A stretch of 64,000 nucleotides of DNA from Amoebophrya sp. A120 (lineage: Eukaryota; Protista; Dinoflagellata): NCBI GenBank assembly GCA_905178155.1, contig CAJINV010000007.1:1519341-1583340 (forward strand), read 5' to 3'. The translations under genes were made by a program, and so were the position numbers. Of this stretch, positions 23,101 to 36,770 are shown in pieces (position 1 is the stretch's first letter; every line of letters begins with the position of its first letter). The notes beneath the pieces are model-generated. The model saw only the letters and a list, made by a program, of their open reading frames with translations, did no database searches and was not told where the DNA came from.

Positions 23101-26100
23101 TTTTTCCAATTCGGTGAGACCGACTAGAGCGTCTGAATTAAGACACAAAGCGAACAAAGGTAAGGTGGACCACAGGGGCGATAAAAGCAGCTCTGGAGCA
23201 GGAGACGCGACCAGCTCTAATACCGCAACTGCTCGGGACGAACAAGTTGAGAAGCTCGCAGCAGGCGCTGCGCACCAGCAGAGCAACAAACAACCGAAGC
23301 AAAAGAAGAAAACAGCGAGTAAACAGGCTGACGCGCTTGAGCAAGATCATGGCAAAATATTAGTAGACCAAATAGCCCCGGAGAAGGCTTTTCAGAAGTC
23401 GATTTCGCATCCGGTCGGCTTGCTCCGGGGGGTGTACGAGATGACGGAAAACCTGCAGCGCATGGACCGCGAGATTTCCCTCCCAGGAGCGGAGAAACTT
23501 TCCCTCGAGGACGAGCGGGAGAAAACGAAACAGTTGCGGCAGAAGCTCGCGAATCTGACGAACCAGTGCGCGACGTTGTCGGACGAGTTGGAGAAACAGG
23601 CGGAGGACCTGGAGGACGCCACGCGACAGCGGCTGTTCCTCGACGTGACCAAGGCGTACAAGAAGACGATCGAATTGCACGAGCGCCTCAACACGGTGGA
23701 AGTGAGGCGTGCGGAGCGGTTTCGGGTGTCAAAAGTCGTCGAGGAGGCGAGGAAAGAGGCGCTTTCGCTGCAGGAGAACGGCGTGCAACTCCCGCGGGGG
23801 CTTCCGGACGCGGTTTTTAGCTTAGAAAAGGCGGTGCAGCAGACCGCCGCGGAAAATTTGGATTTGGAGCACGTGGAGCAGGAGTCGCAGGAAATTTTAG
23901 CGGACCTGCGCATCACAAAAGCGAAAAGTATGTCGTCCGAGGTCGGGGATAAGGATAAGAAGAATTCGTTGTCCGGAATATTGAACAACATCGAAACCAC
24001 CAGCACAATCTCGTTCGGGTTACACAGCGATGTCCAGGTGGTCAGAAGCAGGTACAGTGAGGAGCTGGAAAAGGAGTTGGCAGGCGAAAGACGAGGAGGT
24101 GGCGAAAGAGCAGGAGGTGACGCTGATGCAGTAGATTATTTCCACCAAGAACAGCTCCTTCCCGAAGTCGCCGAGCAATTCATCAGCAGAACCAGTGGCG
24201 GTGTAAAAACGACGTCCACCGGCGCGGCTCAAGGATCTACTTCGCCGGTGGTGGCTCCAGGAGCTGGTGCTTCTCCTACTGCAGGAGAGGTGGACCGCGA
24301 TCAGCAGATCGCAACTTCCCTGCTTGAGGCGGCGCAGAGACAGTTAGACGAGCAGCGGCAGTTTGCCCTGGAGGACATCGCCGCCTACGAGCGGAAAACG
24401 CAGGAGGAGATCCAGCGAAGAGAGAAGGAGCTGCTGAAAAAGCAACAGCTGTTAGAGCAGCAGGAAAAGGACCAGCTTTTCGAGCAACAGCGCGCGAAGG
24501 AGGAGCTGCAGAATCTGCGGGACGCGGCGAAGCGAGACATTGACGCGAAACGGTTCAGTTTAAGGGCTGAGGAAAAGGAGAAAGTGGTCCAGGAGAAAGA
24601 GGAACTGGAAAAGTTGAAATTTGAGTTGACCGAAGAACAGAAACGAAAAGAGGAAGAGGCGGAGGCTATCCTGAGTAAAAATGTCCCCACCCCAGAGTTG
24701 TCATGGAGATTTGCAATTGCAGGAACATTTGTAATGCGCGTCCCCAAGGGAGGCACTTCCAATCGTGTTTTGGCACTTGTAATGCTGCAAACAGGATAAG
24801 TCGATGGATTTGTGATGCGGCTGTCCTTGCTAATATGAACTACACTACGGACTGCAACTTGTCATGCGTGGCTCCCAAGACTTCTGGAGTTGTGTTGCTA
24901 CGTTCTCAACTTGACGATGGGGTGGGGACGTTTTTGCATTTGATAGAGCGGCTGCTCGCGTCGGCGCGGCGGGAGAGGACGAAGATAGAAGACCAGAAGC
25001 GGGAACTGGAAAAGCAGAAAAAGTCCCAGGACACGAACATCGAGGCGCAGAAAGCGACGTTGCGTTTGCAATTGGCCGAGCAAGAAGCGGCGGCGCGGCG
25101 GGACGTGGAAAGCGCGAAGCAGAAAATCGAGCAGGCTCGTCGCGCGCAGGAGGAGCTGGAGACGGAGAGGAAGAAGATGGAGGCAGAGGTGCAGCTGAAG
25201 CTCCAGCAGGAGGAGGAAAAGGCGCGGGTCGCGCTGGCAGAACGGGAGAAATTGGCGCGACAGGAACTGGAGTCGATGGAGCTGCGGATCCAGAAGGACG
25301 CCGAGGACGCGCGGAAGAAGGTGACCGAGTTACAGATGTTGACGGACCAACTAGCGGAGGAGAAGAAGAAGATCGAGACCGCGAAACGGGACAAGGACAA
25401 CGAGATTCTGCATAAGAGGGAAGAGCTCGATAAGGAGGAACTGTTGATGCGCAAACGGTTGGAGGAGCAGCGCGAGAAAGCGCGCATCGAAATTGAGGAG
25501 AACCGGTTACAGGCGGAGAGAGCGCTGTTGGAGAAGCAGGAGGAGGCCCGGCAGGAAATCGAGGACGCTCGCGCGAAAGACCGCGAGTCGCGACAGGCAC
25601 AGAATGAGCTGGAGCGACTGCAGCAGCAGATCCAGTCGCAGGGGGAGCAGCTGCAGCGGGCCTTGGAGCAGCAGAAGCTGTCCGCGCGCATGGAGATGGA
25701 AGAGCGGGAGGAAAAAGTGCGGAATTTGGAAACGAAACACCAAATCGAGGCAAAGCGGCAGGTGGCGGAGTTCGAGCGGAAACAGTTGGAATTGCAACAA
25801 CAGAACGAACGTCTGCAATTACTCATCTCCGGCATTGATCCCACCGTTGTTTCGGGGTCCTCAGCGCAAGGTCCGGTCGTGCTGACCCCCTCGGGCGGCG
25901 CGCAAGAACGCATTCCCGACGCAGACGCGATCAAGGATTTCCGCGAGGCCTTGGAACGGGAGTTCCCGAGGTTGCGGGGGGACAAAAAACTACCCGAGTT
26001 TTCCCCGAGAAATCTCTCCTCCGCGTTCAATTTTAGCGACTCGATCAACATGACTGCTGGAGTTGATGCTCTAGGCCCTGCTGCAACGATCACAAGTGCA

Positions 26101-29100
26101 GTGCCGATGCAACTAGGCTATCCGACGGACGGCCAGCCGACGTCGATTGCGACCACCCCGGCGGTTTTGCCGATGGAACTGTACGTGCCGATTCTGAACA
26201 CGACCGGCCCGTTAGTCGACCCGGGGGCGAGGCAATCGCAGAACAACCAAAACTTGCGCGACAGACCGACCAGAGCCTTCCAACCGTCTTTGGTCGATGG
26301 AGGTGGAGGTAGTGCTAGCTCCTTCAACCAGCAACGAAGTAATAGCCCACTGAATCTCCAAAACAACCCGTTGATCCGCAACCCGTACGGCGTCTCCCCC
26401 GCCTCCCCGCTGAACCGCACGACTTCTCCGTTTCAAACGCCGTTTCAGAACCCGACTGTAAACAGCACGCATCCACTGTACCGAAACAACAGCAAAACCA
26501 GCAACGGCGCGGGGCAGGAAATGAACACGAGGTCCGCCATGACGCAGCCCCAGCGGGGCGCGGACTTCATCGAAACCCGAGCGGAGCAGCTGCGAAGTAA
26601 CTTGTCAGGATTTGGTTCAGCATCATCTCCCCTGGAATCTGGAGGTGTCAACATCAACGAAATAGATTTATTCGTGCAGCAGCAGCAGCAGGGAGCATCT
26701 AGTTTAGGGGGTGGAAAAATTGCAGACGCGACATCAAATACGAATAGCCCAGGGGGCTGGAACTTCGACCTGAACGGAGCAAGAAGTAGTGCCACTTTTA
26801 CTTCCCAGCATTCCCCGATGGACGTGTTCGATCTTGACGCGAAGACGAAGGAGAAGTCGAAGAAGCTGGACCGCGAGCAGGCCTTGGAGCAGAAATACCA
26901 CCGGTTGCAGCAGCAAGTGGACACGCTCCTGCTCGAGAAGGAAAGCGCAACCCCGATGAAGATCAACGGAGCTGGTGCCCCCAGTGGCGTCGCTTCCACG
27001 CCGCCGTTTTCCGCCACAGATAGGGACTACGCCGACGAATACCCCTTCCGGGATCGGAAATCGAGAAAATCCAGAGCCTCCTTGGGCACCGCGCTTTCGC
27101 AGGGTCGGGTGGATCATCCACGCTCGACGGTAAATTACCCGGCACGGGACATTACGGGGACATCAGAGCTTGTTGCTGGAGCTGGTGCAGTGGTGGTCCC
27201 AGTCGCAACCACATCTCCTTCGCAACCTGGTCAGATCCGTGTCAGTACCTCTCCGTCGCCACCCAGTACGAGAAAGTCGAAGAATCGGTCTTCGCTGAAG
27301 GACCAAGAGCACTTCACCGCGGCGCAGAGGGAACTAGAGCACCACAAAGCGCAGCTTTTGGCCGAAAGACAGGCGTTTGAAGAGGAAAAAAGGCGGCTAG
27401 AAGAAGAGAAGAAAAAGCTCTATCTGCAGCCGTATAACCCCGGCTATTATAACAACCGACAATCCACCTCTGCGAAGTACAAAGGTGCGGCTTTGGATCA
27501 TAGGGTCCCGTTTCAGGATAAGGAGGCAAGGAAGACAGTCGAGAAACTGAGAAAGGACATGGAGCAGATGAAGGAGACGCAGAGGAAAAACGCGCGCGCC
27601 GGCGGACATAAGCTGGAACAGCTCGCCGCCCGAGATCGAAAGAGGGCCTACGTGTCCAAAGTGCAGCAGTTTAACAGCAACGGTAATTCTCATCAACTAC
27701 ATCCTCGAGACAGGTCAATAGATGATAGGGAGCTGCAACAACATAGCAGTATTAACAGACCAGCGAGGGGGTCCGCTGCGACGCAAGTGCTGGAGCCGCC
27801 AGACCAACTACGCGGCTCCTCGAGCAGAGGCCGGAGCACGGCGAAAAATATTAAGGGCAGCACACCTGCACCTGCTCCAGGTGGAGCTGCTACCACTGTT
27901 CCGAACATTCACTCCCGGCTCGGAAAGCCGAACGAGGCTTTTTGGAAGTCGGCGCAGGAGTCGTTTGCCCCGGAAGACTCGAAAATCAAGGAGTTGAAGG
28001 ACGGAAAAAACGTTTTGGTCGTTGCCTCTCCACCCCAAGCCGCCTCCCGGTCGGCGTCTCCCGCCAAAACCGCGTTGCCGCCGCACGAGCGCCTGATGTA
28101 CGAGCGAAGGGTTTCGAAGGCGTCAGGATCGCGCAGTCCGGGAGGTAGTAGAAGTCCTTCGAACAGTAGACCCGCACGGCCCCCGGGCCACGGCACGGAC
28201 ATGAGCTTGAAGAAGCCGTCGAATGTTAAAAATGGCCGCGCGGAGTGGATCAGCTCTTCGTCTGCCAGCACCGATGACTTAGTTCACGACGACTTGAAGT
28301 CAAAGAAGCGCCGAATGCTGCAGCAGCAACGACACAGATCTGACTCCCCGAATCATGCAACTGCGAGTAGACACCGGGAGCGCGCGCCGAGTCCTCCCGG
28401 AGGTGGAGGACAACTAAATCAGCAGGGAAGTAGTAGAACGCGGAACAACAAGGTAAAATCATATTCCGCTTTGGACGAACCAGAGGATGCGGTGCTACAG
28501 GGCACCAAACCCTTGGAGGAACTAACCCTAAGAGATGTCCAACGCCTCGCGGTGCAGCTGAACCACTGGAAAAGGGGCGCCGCGGACGTACTTTCGGAGA
28601 TGGACATGTCGGTGCAAGCCCGCTCGGTTTCCCCGCCGGGTGGAGGTGGAGGCGATCTGTTGAACAGTAATAACTTCAATCGGCAGATGAATCAGTACCA
28701 GATCCGCGGGGAACTGGAATTATCTGCAAGCAACCCCTTGTCGCCCTCCAGTTCCAAGCTGACGACAACCTTTGAGGGGACTCTGAGGCCACATCTTGGT
28801 GGGGAGCCGAACTCGAACCGGGCAGTAAAGGCATTCGGCACTTACGTGTCGTCCAGTGCGCCGTCAGCGGCGCACCCGGGCTTGCTGGCAAAGGACGTGC
28901 GCTTCATGGGGCATCAATTGCCGACAGTGCAAAATCAGGTTCGTGTAGAAGCAGTAGGAGATGTGAGGTTGCAGCAAGTTCAACAAGAACGCAGGAGGAG
29001 CCCCCTGGAACAGAAACTTCTGAGCGAAAGAGAAATTCTGATTCGCGAAATCCAGAACAGCTTGCACGGGAAGACATCCGACGAACTGGTAAAGTTGAAC

Positions 29101-31011
29101 GAATCCGCGAGTAGCAGCATGGAGAGCAGCAGCAGCAGCAGTAGCACCGAAGGTGATCATGGCCGCGGGTACAAGTACAACTACAACCAACCTCACTATC
29201 AGTCGCGGCAAAGCGCTGCTATGGCAGAACAACACTCTCCAACTTCAAAAGAACCTACGGAGAGAATTAGTGGAGCTGCCACAGTTCGTCGTCCAGGGTA
29301 CAACAACCACCGGGGGCTGCACCCCCACAGCAGAACCCCAAGTCCGCCCCAATATCATGGTCTTCAAGCGAACAAACAGCACAACTTTACGCCGGACAGC
29401 AGGCATTTGTACCACCAGGGCTCGTCTGCGGCTACACCACTGAATAGAGGAAGACACGACGACCCACGCGGCCACGATGAGCCTGGTATTAACGCGACCA
29501 CCAACTTCCGCAATAGCAGTGACAAAGACCGCGCCGGCCAAAGACACTATTCCCACACGGTGGCGAGCTACAACAAATCCCACCTGGCTGCCAGGCGCTC
29601 CGCCGCCGAGGTGGCGTTGCCCGATAGCGAAAGCGACAGAGTGTCCGGCATCGACGATCGGGATGATGTTGACCCGATGGTCGTCGTTCCTCCTTACATG
29701 CAGGCCACGGAGAGTTCCCGGCCGAAACGGTTGTCCTACCAAGCGGCCAAACCAAATGAGTTTGGGCGGCTGCCGGACGGGGTCAAAAACCCGCTGATCC
29801 AACGGCCGCGGTCGCAATCGCCGACGTACACCGTGAGAAACCAGCCGCACCCGGACAAGGTCGTTGGCTTGACCAAGTTGACCGTGACGAGGCGAGAGAG
29901 AAGGGAGCGGGTGAACAGCATCACGGAGGCCATCAACAGCCGGTCGGGCATGATCGCGCCGAGGCCACCGACGGCAAGGGGGCACGATAGCCTGTCGAAG
30001 AGCACCCGATCGCTCAGTCCGGGGGAACTGATGAAACAACAACAAACTGTCGCTGGTGCTGGTCATGCAGCCTCGTCGTCCCCTGCGTTCGGGAGTTCCT
30101 CAAAATCAACCCGGATGCCGCCTTTCTCACCGGTGCGGACGCGACCAAGGCCCTTTGTGTTCGCAGAATCGGATTCGAAGGGGGTGTTCGCCGGGGAAAG
30201 CAGTAGCACGACGGAAGTGGATGAGTTACAGAAAGGCAGGTCGCCGATCTTGTGCGAAAATAGCCAGGTGGTCGTGGAAAGAAGATCACCTACAAGAACA
30301 CTAGGAGGATCAGCGGCAGGAGCTGCGCATGAAATAGAAAATCGTGAAGATCACAATCGGGGTGATGATAAATCACTCGGCCCGTCATCTGCAGCAGCTG
30401 CGCACAAGATTCCTCAGAGCTTCTATGACGATACTTTTTCCTGCGCGAACTCCTCAACTTACAGCGGAGGAGGTGGCCGCAGTCCACCTAAAAAGCACTA
30501 CGTGTCGGAAAGAATCAGCCGGCTGGCCGAGCCGAAAAAGGGACGAGGGGTTGTGCCGCCGGGTGCTGCTGGTGAAGAGAAGAAAATAAAGAGCAACGTT
30601 AGTGTCGTGGATCTGGAAGAACATAGTAGCAAAATAACTTCATGCTCGAAGGACAATGATATTGACGGGGATCAGAATCTTGTGGAGTTGTCCGCGACGT
30701 CAGAAATTTGTTCCAACACGCCATCGAGAGTGCTAGATGATTCCTTCAAGACGCCACCAAGGAGCTTATTAGGGGAACGAACGCGGAATGGCAGGGGGAA
30801 AGGGGCAGCTTCTATGAGCAAAAACCTGCATCACGCGAAATCGACGCCACACTTAGGCGGAGTCGTGAAAGATCAATGGTCTGCGCAATCCGAGCAAACG
30901 AAAAAGGACCCGAAGAATTTTCTCCGAAGGGACCCGGCCCGCGCGACGCCGCAGGTGCCGGTAACAAGCACTTACAGCTACCTCCTGGAGAAAAGATTCG
31001 GGAAGAAATAA
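17109..31011 (+). CDS. Giant Ser-rich/coiled-coil protein (~4200 aa if one gene); exons 17109..21095, 21244..21453, 21724..22332, 22802..24664, 24949..31011
   Basis: Three introner removals give in-frame joins EIN|ADG, YDS|VKQ and EAE|RLL. The GT-AG link 21096-21243 is tentative. Long E/K/Q/R-rich heptad region ~22850-25830. Confidence 0.65.
21454..21718. mobile_element. Introner, family A (TIR TATCAAATGTAAAAATGTCTGGGTCTGGAAGA), reverse orientation relative to 58027
   Basis: Perfect 34-bp TIR; DR TCAAC. Confidence 0.95.
22333..22796. mobile_element. Introner, family C (TIR TATC.AAAGGAAAAATCCCCCCTCCCCATATCGAAA)
   Basis: Imperfect TIR; DR ACTCC; in-frame removal. Confidence 0.9.
24667..24945. 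mobile_element. Introner, A-related TIR (..AAAAATGTCCCCACCCCA); removable as GC-AG intron 24665-24948
   Basis: Imperfect TIR; degenerate DR GAGGC/GAGCG. Confidence 0.85.
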
Positions 31012-32168
31012 AAAGTAGAAATAGGCTGTTTTTTTTTCAAGTTTGAATTTTATCAGTTCATCAGTTTCTAAAGGTAAAGTACCACGCGCGTCGTCGTCGG
31101 CTACGCGCACAATCATGTTTTTGCGTTTCGAATTATCCTTGAAATTGAAGACAAGTACTTTCATTCGTCGTACACGACCCGGGTACGAGAAACGAGCGTC
31201 CCCGTTAACTTTTCCCCCAAGCACCCGAACCCCGATCATCAACAAGAAGGAGAACCCACTTGTATATGTACGAATTTTTTAAAGGTCACGATCTTATGTT
31301 TTTTGTCAACACACATTCATTCAATTTCCGAATCCGAGCTTTTTTTTTTTGTCAACTGATCATATACACAATCAAATTTTGCAACACTACGCGGACATGA
31401 CTTTCAAGTCGAGCCTCTGTTTTTTGGTGAAGGACATCAATGTTTCCCCAGCAGAACCAGAAATGCAATTGCCTACCTGTACCTGTACCTGTAGTACTTT
31501 TCCCCAACCAAAAATTTCTTCGCATCAATTTACATTCTTGGTACAGCAACAGCATTGACGTTCAATGTGGAGCCGCCACTCCTTTCTTAAGTAGGCACTG
31601 TTCCCTCGTTATTCTTGTCGGTTTTACTTCTTATTGATGGATCGGTACCGGTAGCTTCACGATAGACCAGATGAACATCATTGAAAAACAGTCGTCAGAC
31701 GGTTCTATTGTCGGTCATTGTGTCCTCTTGTTGCAGGTCGTGTACTCTGTCGGTCTTCGTACAACACTGCTTCTGCTAGAGCATGACCAGGTTGCGTGCC
31801 TTGTTGCTGCCCATATCAGTATCGGTTTTGGCTGCACTTCTTTGAAACTTTCTTCGGTGATGGACTGAACTTGAAGCATGCTGTATTCGTATGTTGCTTC
31901 TTGCTTCATTGATTTGTATTTCGGTCACAAATACACCCTTCAAGCTGCGGAATAGGTGATACTCTCAGACGTTTCATATGACAACTTCTACAGGCACTCT
32001 TTACCGACACAGACCACAACTTTCGCCCTTCAAATTCACATTTTTTTTCCATTGACTTTGACATTCATAAAAACTACCCATCACATTTTTCTCTGCATTT
32101 TGATTTCTCGCACGTATTACGAACTCCCTGGTTGCAGTGTGTTTTTGTCCAATAAAACTGAAGTAGAA

Positions 32169-35091
32169 ATGTCTTCTAAACTGAGCCGTCAACTACAACT
32201 TCCCGTCGGGGCGGGAGCAGCGGGCTTCCCCCTCAGTGGGAACCGGGTTGCCGTTGCGCACCGAGTGATGCAGAAAGAGAGTTCATCAAGCACACTCACA
32301 AGCTCTCGGTCCACCCCGAGTTCCTCCCACCCTTCCTCCGCGAGAGGTCCGCAGTATTCGCAGAACGCGGGTGGAAGAATGAATCATCTCCCGAACATTA
32401 TCCGAGGCGAGGGAAGTAGTGGTTCTCACGACATGCACGGCGAAGGTTCGAATTCGATCGGATGCTTCGATGTTGGCGGGGACAGTCAGGACATCGAGAT
32501 CTTTCTGCGCTCCAAATCCACGAATGGCTCCGGCGGGGAAGTGGATCATGCTGAGAACGACGACGACGATGCTATTTCCGATTTGGCGGAGCGACACGAG
32601 CACGAAGCGCTTCCGTTCAACGCAAAGGGCTCGCGCCGGCAGAAGAAGCGAGCGTCCGTCGATTCCGAAGGTTTCGCGGTGTTCGACAAGGGTTTCGACC
32701 ACGCGCAATATTGAGAGGAAAAATCCCCCCTCCCCATATCGAAAACGAAATTTGTGATGCTGTATTTGAGTACACAAATCGACTTGTAATGCTAGAAGGC
32801 CAAGAGACGCAGCTGTGGCCTCGTTTGCAGGCAATTTGTCATGCTGTTTCCCACTTCCAGCTGCCCCCTGTCATGCTGAAGATGCAAGGCTTTCCCACGC
32901 CAACCAGCACTACAGTCCGCATATTTTCCCTTCTAGCATGACAAACCTGATTTGTGGCCACAAATCTGCATCACAAATTTCTAGTTTGAGTATGGGGTGG
33001 GGGGATTTTTCTTTTTGATACGCAAACAAAAGAGTTCGTGGACGACTACGAACGCGGGCGGCGGCGAAGACACCGCTTTTCCAGTACGCACTCCGATGGC
33101 GAGGAAAGCAAACACACGGCGGGCCTGTTCGCCGTTCTCGGGGCCATGAAGCTGAAACAGCCCGCAGACACGGGGGCGCCGGAAGCGAGCCGCCCAAACG
33201 GGTTTGACTCGCAAATGAAAAGCACCAGCAGTGCCGGGGTCGGTCTCCCCTCGGGTGTAGTAGTTCAACAGATGGACCAGCAAAGCCTGGCGAGCGCGAA
33301 TCTTCAAAGTGGACTCACTCAAAGCATGAAGCAAGATTACGGGGACGCGGTCGGGGCCGCTGGCAGCAACACGTCTTTCGTGTTGAGGCCCTTGTCCAAA
33401 GAGGAAGAAGAAAGGCGCGCGAAGGGGTTCGCCATGATGACCAGTTCCGGCCACGAGGTGGGTCCGGGGCTGGGGTTGCTCGCGGATCCCCGCATCGTGA
33501 ACAAGGAGGCCCTGGAGAAGATGCAGAGCATGATGTCCTCGAGAAAAGGGTCGACAGTAGAAGATATGGAGCAACGGATGGCCAGTAGGCACAGAAAAAA
33601 TCAAAATAAGTGTTACAGGACTTACACATCATCGCGTTGCAGGCCAAGCAAGTTACTTATGCTGTCATGCCGGATATGCATATGCTAATGCTTCAGGTAG
33701 TTTCATACGTGTAGTTTTCATTCCTTATGAAGATCTTTGCATTGCAAGTTTTGGTTTTCACAACTCTCATGCAGAGAAAACTTGTGTTTCTGTGTTGCTG
33801 AACAAATTCCAACAAATGTGTAAAAGCTTCCGCACTTTTTTTTCTTTTTGGGGGGATAGCCAGCGCCATGAACGCACCAATGGAGGAGGATGGCGAGTCG
33901 GGCTCCGGCGGAGCCGAAAAAAAGGTTCGGTTCTCTTCCTCCAATCACGTTGCGCCCCCGGCCAGGGAAGTGGAGACGAACGTCGACGATCCTTCCGACC
34001 TTGAGGACGTCTCCTCCGAAAGAGTGAAGATCAGAAGCCAGGCCGAAGTGATCATGTCGAATCTTGGCTCCGGGCTCGACATGCACGAAGAGCATAAGCA
34101 GTTGGAAGATGTCATGACGAGGAGGTCGCGTAAATCTTCCACCGGGTCGGGTGCCGATGGTAATGATTTTCGGGAGGACAGAAGCGTTCGTTCCCGGAGC
34201 CAAATCTTGGACCCCACAACTCCGGGGTCGCGACTGAACAACCGATCTGGTCGTGGCATGGGCAGCTCTACCTCCTCAGGCGGTGGCTCGGGGGGGGAAA
34301 TGAGGGGTCCCGGTTCAACATCGGGAGAAAGACCGCCCTCGAGGACGCCGAGCAAAAACAAGGCCGATTCAATCATCCGCGATAATTCCTCGTCGGTTCG
34401 GGGCAGTTCGAAATTCATGGAGGGTGAGGATCCGACGGTTCTTGCAGCTGGACAGCACAACAAGCAGGGCCGGTCGATGCGCGGCTCGTCGATGTCATCA
34501 ACAAGGATGGAATCCATCCGTGAAAACGAGGACGACGAGGATTTTAATGTCGAATCAAGCGCGGCGAAGATGAGAACAAACAACCGTAACGTCGAGGACG
34601 ACCTGCACCCGACCTCCGTCGAGCAGCGCGAGGCGCAGCGGCAGCAGCGCAAGCGGGACTTCGCGCTCGGGGGGCTGGTGGGGTTGGACATTGGCCAGGC
34701 ACTGGAGAACGTGCGGCACTGTTTCCAAGAAAACCGGGAAATTCTCTACGGCGACCTGATGTCGAAACCGAAAGAGAACGATCTGGAGATGGAAAACAGC
34801 AACAACGATCCGACGAAACGGCGCGCGGAGAGACGCTTTCTGAACGAGCTGGAGGGCTTGAGAGTCGCGTGTTCCGGATTCGTCGCGACCTTTGTGGACT
34901 CCGACGAGCACGTTCAGGGGCTGAACTTTCTGAAAAACACCACGACGCTGCAAGAAATTGTTTGGACGTTGGAGCACGCAACCTGTTTCACCGAGGGCGA
35001 CGCGAAGCGGGAAGACAGGTTGCGGATGCTACACGACCGCGTCAAGTTGCTGGAACGGCGGGCGGGAATGCTGAAAACGGTGCATTTTTGA
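32169..35091 (+). CDS. Hypothetical protein (~775 aa) with a C-terminal helical domain shared with 36210-36665; exons 32169..32708, 33026..33585, 33864..35091
   Basis: Two introner removals join three ORFs in frame (HAQ|TKEF, MAS-AMN). Confidence 0.8.
32709..33020. mobile_element. Introner, family C
   Basis: TIR; DR CGCAA. Confidence 0.92.
33586..33858. mobile_element. Degenerate introner (singleton)
   Basis: TA...ATA ends, weak TIR, perfect DR GCCAG, internal TGTCATGC; in-frame removal. Confidence 0.75.
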
Positions 35092-36209
35092 TCCACTGCA
35101 CAAGCCCGATCGAAGAAGAGGACTGTATTTACAATTACATATTATACCCTAAAAATTTGAGTTGGACAAGTAGCGACTGTATGTTTTTGCCCATATAAAT
35201 CGTCTTCTTGCAACATCCATGACGTTTTTGCTTTTCTTGAAATACGGAAGAGTTTCTGTCCTTCTGACCAGATATCACCGAGATCATTTTAATAGACCTC
35301 TCTGCAACTATTTTTAAAAGAAATATTATTTTTGATACATGCAGCACGAGGAACGAACCTTTTGACCTTTGACTATCACAGACTTTTTTTGCTGTACAGC
35401 CGTACGACCAAAGTAGAACAGCACTAGACTCCTTTACCGAGGCATTTGATTTTTTATTTCCCACAAAGACAAAAGATATTGCACAACATATTCATTCCAG
35501 ACGGATAGTTCTAAGTACTTACTCAAAAACTGGATCTCGCTTGACACACCACGGCAAGAGTTTCTTCAGTAAACTAAAGATCTCGGTTCGTACACGACTT
35601 TTGAAGGCATTACTCGGTCTGCTTGCGCCTTCTCATACTGCGCGCTTTCTTGATTTCCCGATTTTCACTTCGGTCTTGAGTCCGCATGCAACGCAGCACC
35701 TTATCCTTTCGGTCGTCCTCTAAATTATGTCGTACTTCTACACACAACATCGTGAACAAGCAGTAGTATAATTCGACGTATCGAGGTCCTCCTAGTCGTC
35801 CTCCGGTTTCGTTCATATCGTACGCACGCTCGTGGTTCTGCTTGCAGCCACGGTTTCACGACTTTGGAAGACTCAACATACTAGGCTACTGACGTACTCG
35901 CGATAAATTTCACCTGCAGATGACTCAAATCTGATCCCAAACCCCGACTTCATTTCTAGATTGACTTTATGTCATCATCAACGTCCTCGCGCTGCATCTA
36001 TAAAGCTTCTAAGTAGCAGGTCTACCCTCACAACTACCTTCAAGTTGTCATGCTGCCCCAAGTAGTTGTAGATGTAGAATCAGCAACTCTCAAGACGCAC
36101 GTTTCTAGTAGAAGCTTTACCGAGAAGTTCTACAGCGCCACACAAATTCTTCCCGACCCTCTCGTCAGGAGCTACATCTTCTAAATCCGCGAGAAGTTGT
36201 CGTCCAACC

Positions 36210-36665
36210 ATGTCTACTTCCCTCACTTCCGAGGAGATTGTCAAAAACACGGCCTCCGCCATGGAGGCCGTGTGCAAAATGTACCAGAAGCACCGGAAGA
36301 ATTTATACGTGGACGAGTTGAACAAAAAAAAGCTGACGGGCCTGACCCCTGAGCGGATTCCGCAGAAAGAGCTTTCTGAACACGAGTTTCTGAAATCGCT
36401 GGAGCAGATCAGGCGGTGCTGCGCAGACGTGGTGAAGTTGAAGGACAGCAACCGAAACGACGCCGAGGAAGCGATAAACTATTTCAGCACGTCGGGCGTC
36501 CTCACGGAATTGGTCTGGATGCTGGACCACAGCGATTTTTCTATGACGTTGCAGGGCGACGCACGAAGTAAGGACGTGGCGACACTTCGGGACCGGGTGA
36601 AGGTCCTGGAAAGGAGGGCGAGAAGGGTACAACTGATGAATGTTTTTTCCTCTTTCACTTGTTAA
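36210..36665 (+). CDS. Small helical-domain protein (151 aa), paralogous to the C-terminus of the upstream gene
   Basis: ATG ORF; LTELVWMLDH...LRDRVKVLERRA aligns with LQEIVWTLEH...LHDRVKLLERRA. Confidence 0.75.
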   Translation: MSTSLTSEEIVKNTASAMEAVCKMYQKHRKNLYVDELNKKKLTGLTPERIPQKELSEHEFLKSLEQIRRCCADVVKLKDSNRNDAEEAINYFSTSGVLTELVWMLDHSDFSMTLQGDARSKDVATLRDRVKVLERRARRVQLMNVFSSFTC

Positions 36666-36770
36666 ACCGATCTTATCACACTGTCAACAGAGGGCAGCTT
36701 TTAGTCACGACGTACACGCACTGTTGATGTTTTCGAATTCGTCGCTCTATTTCCACGACGTTTGTTGAAA

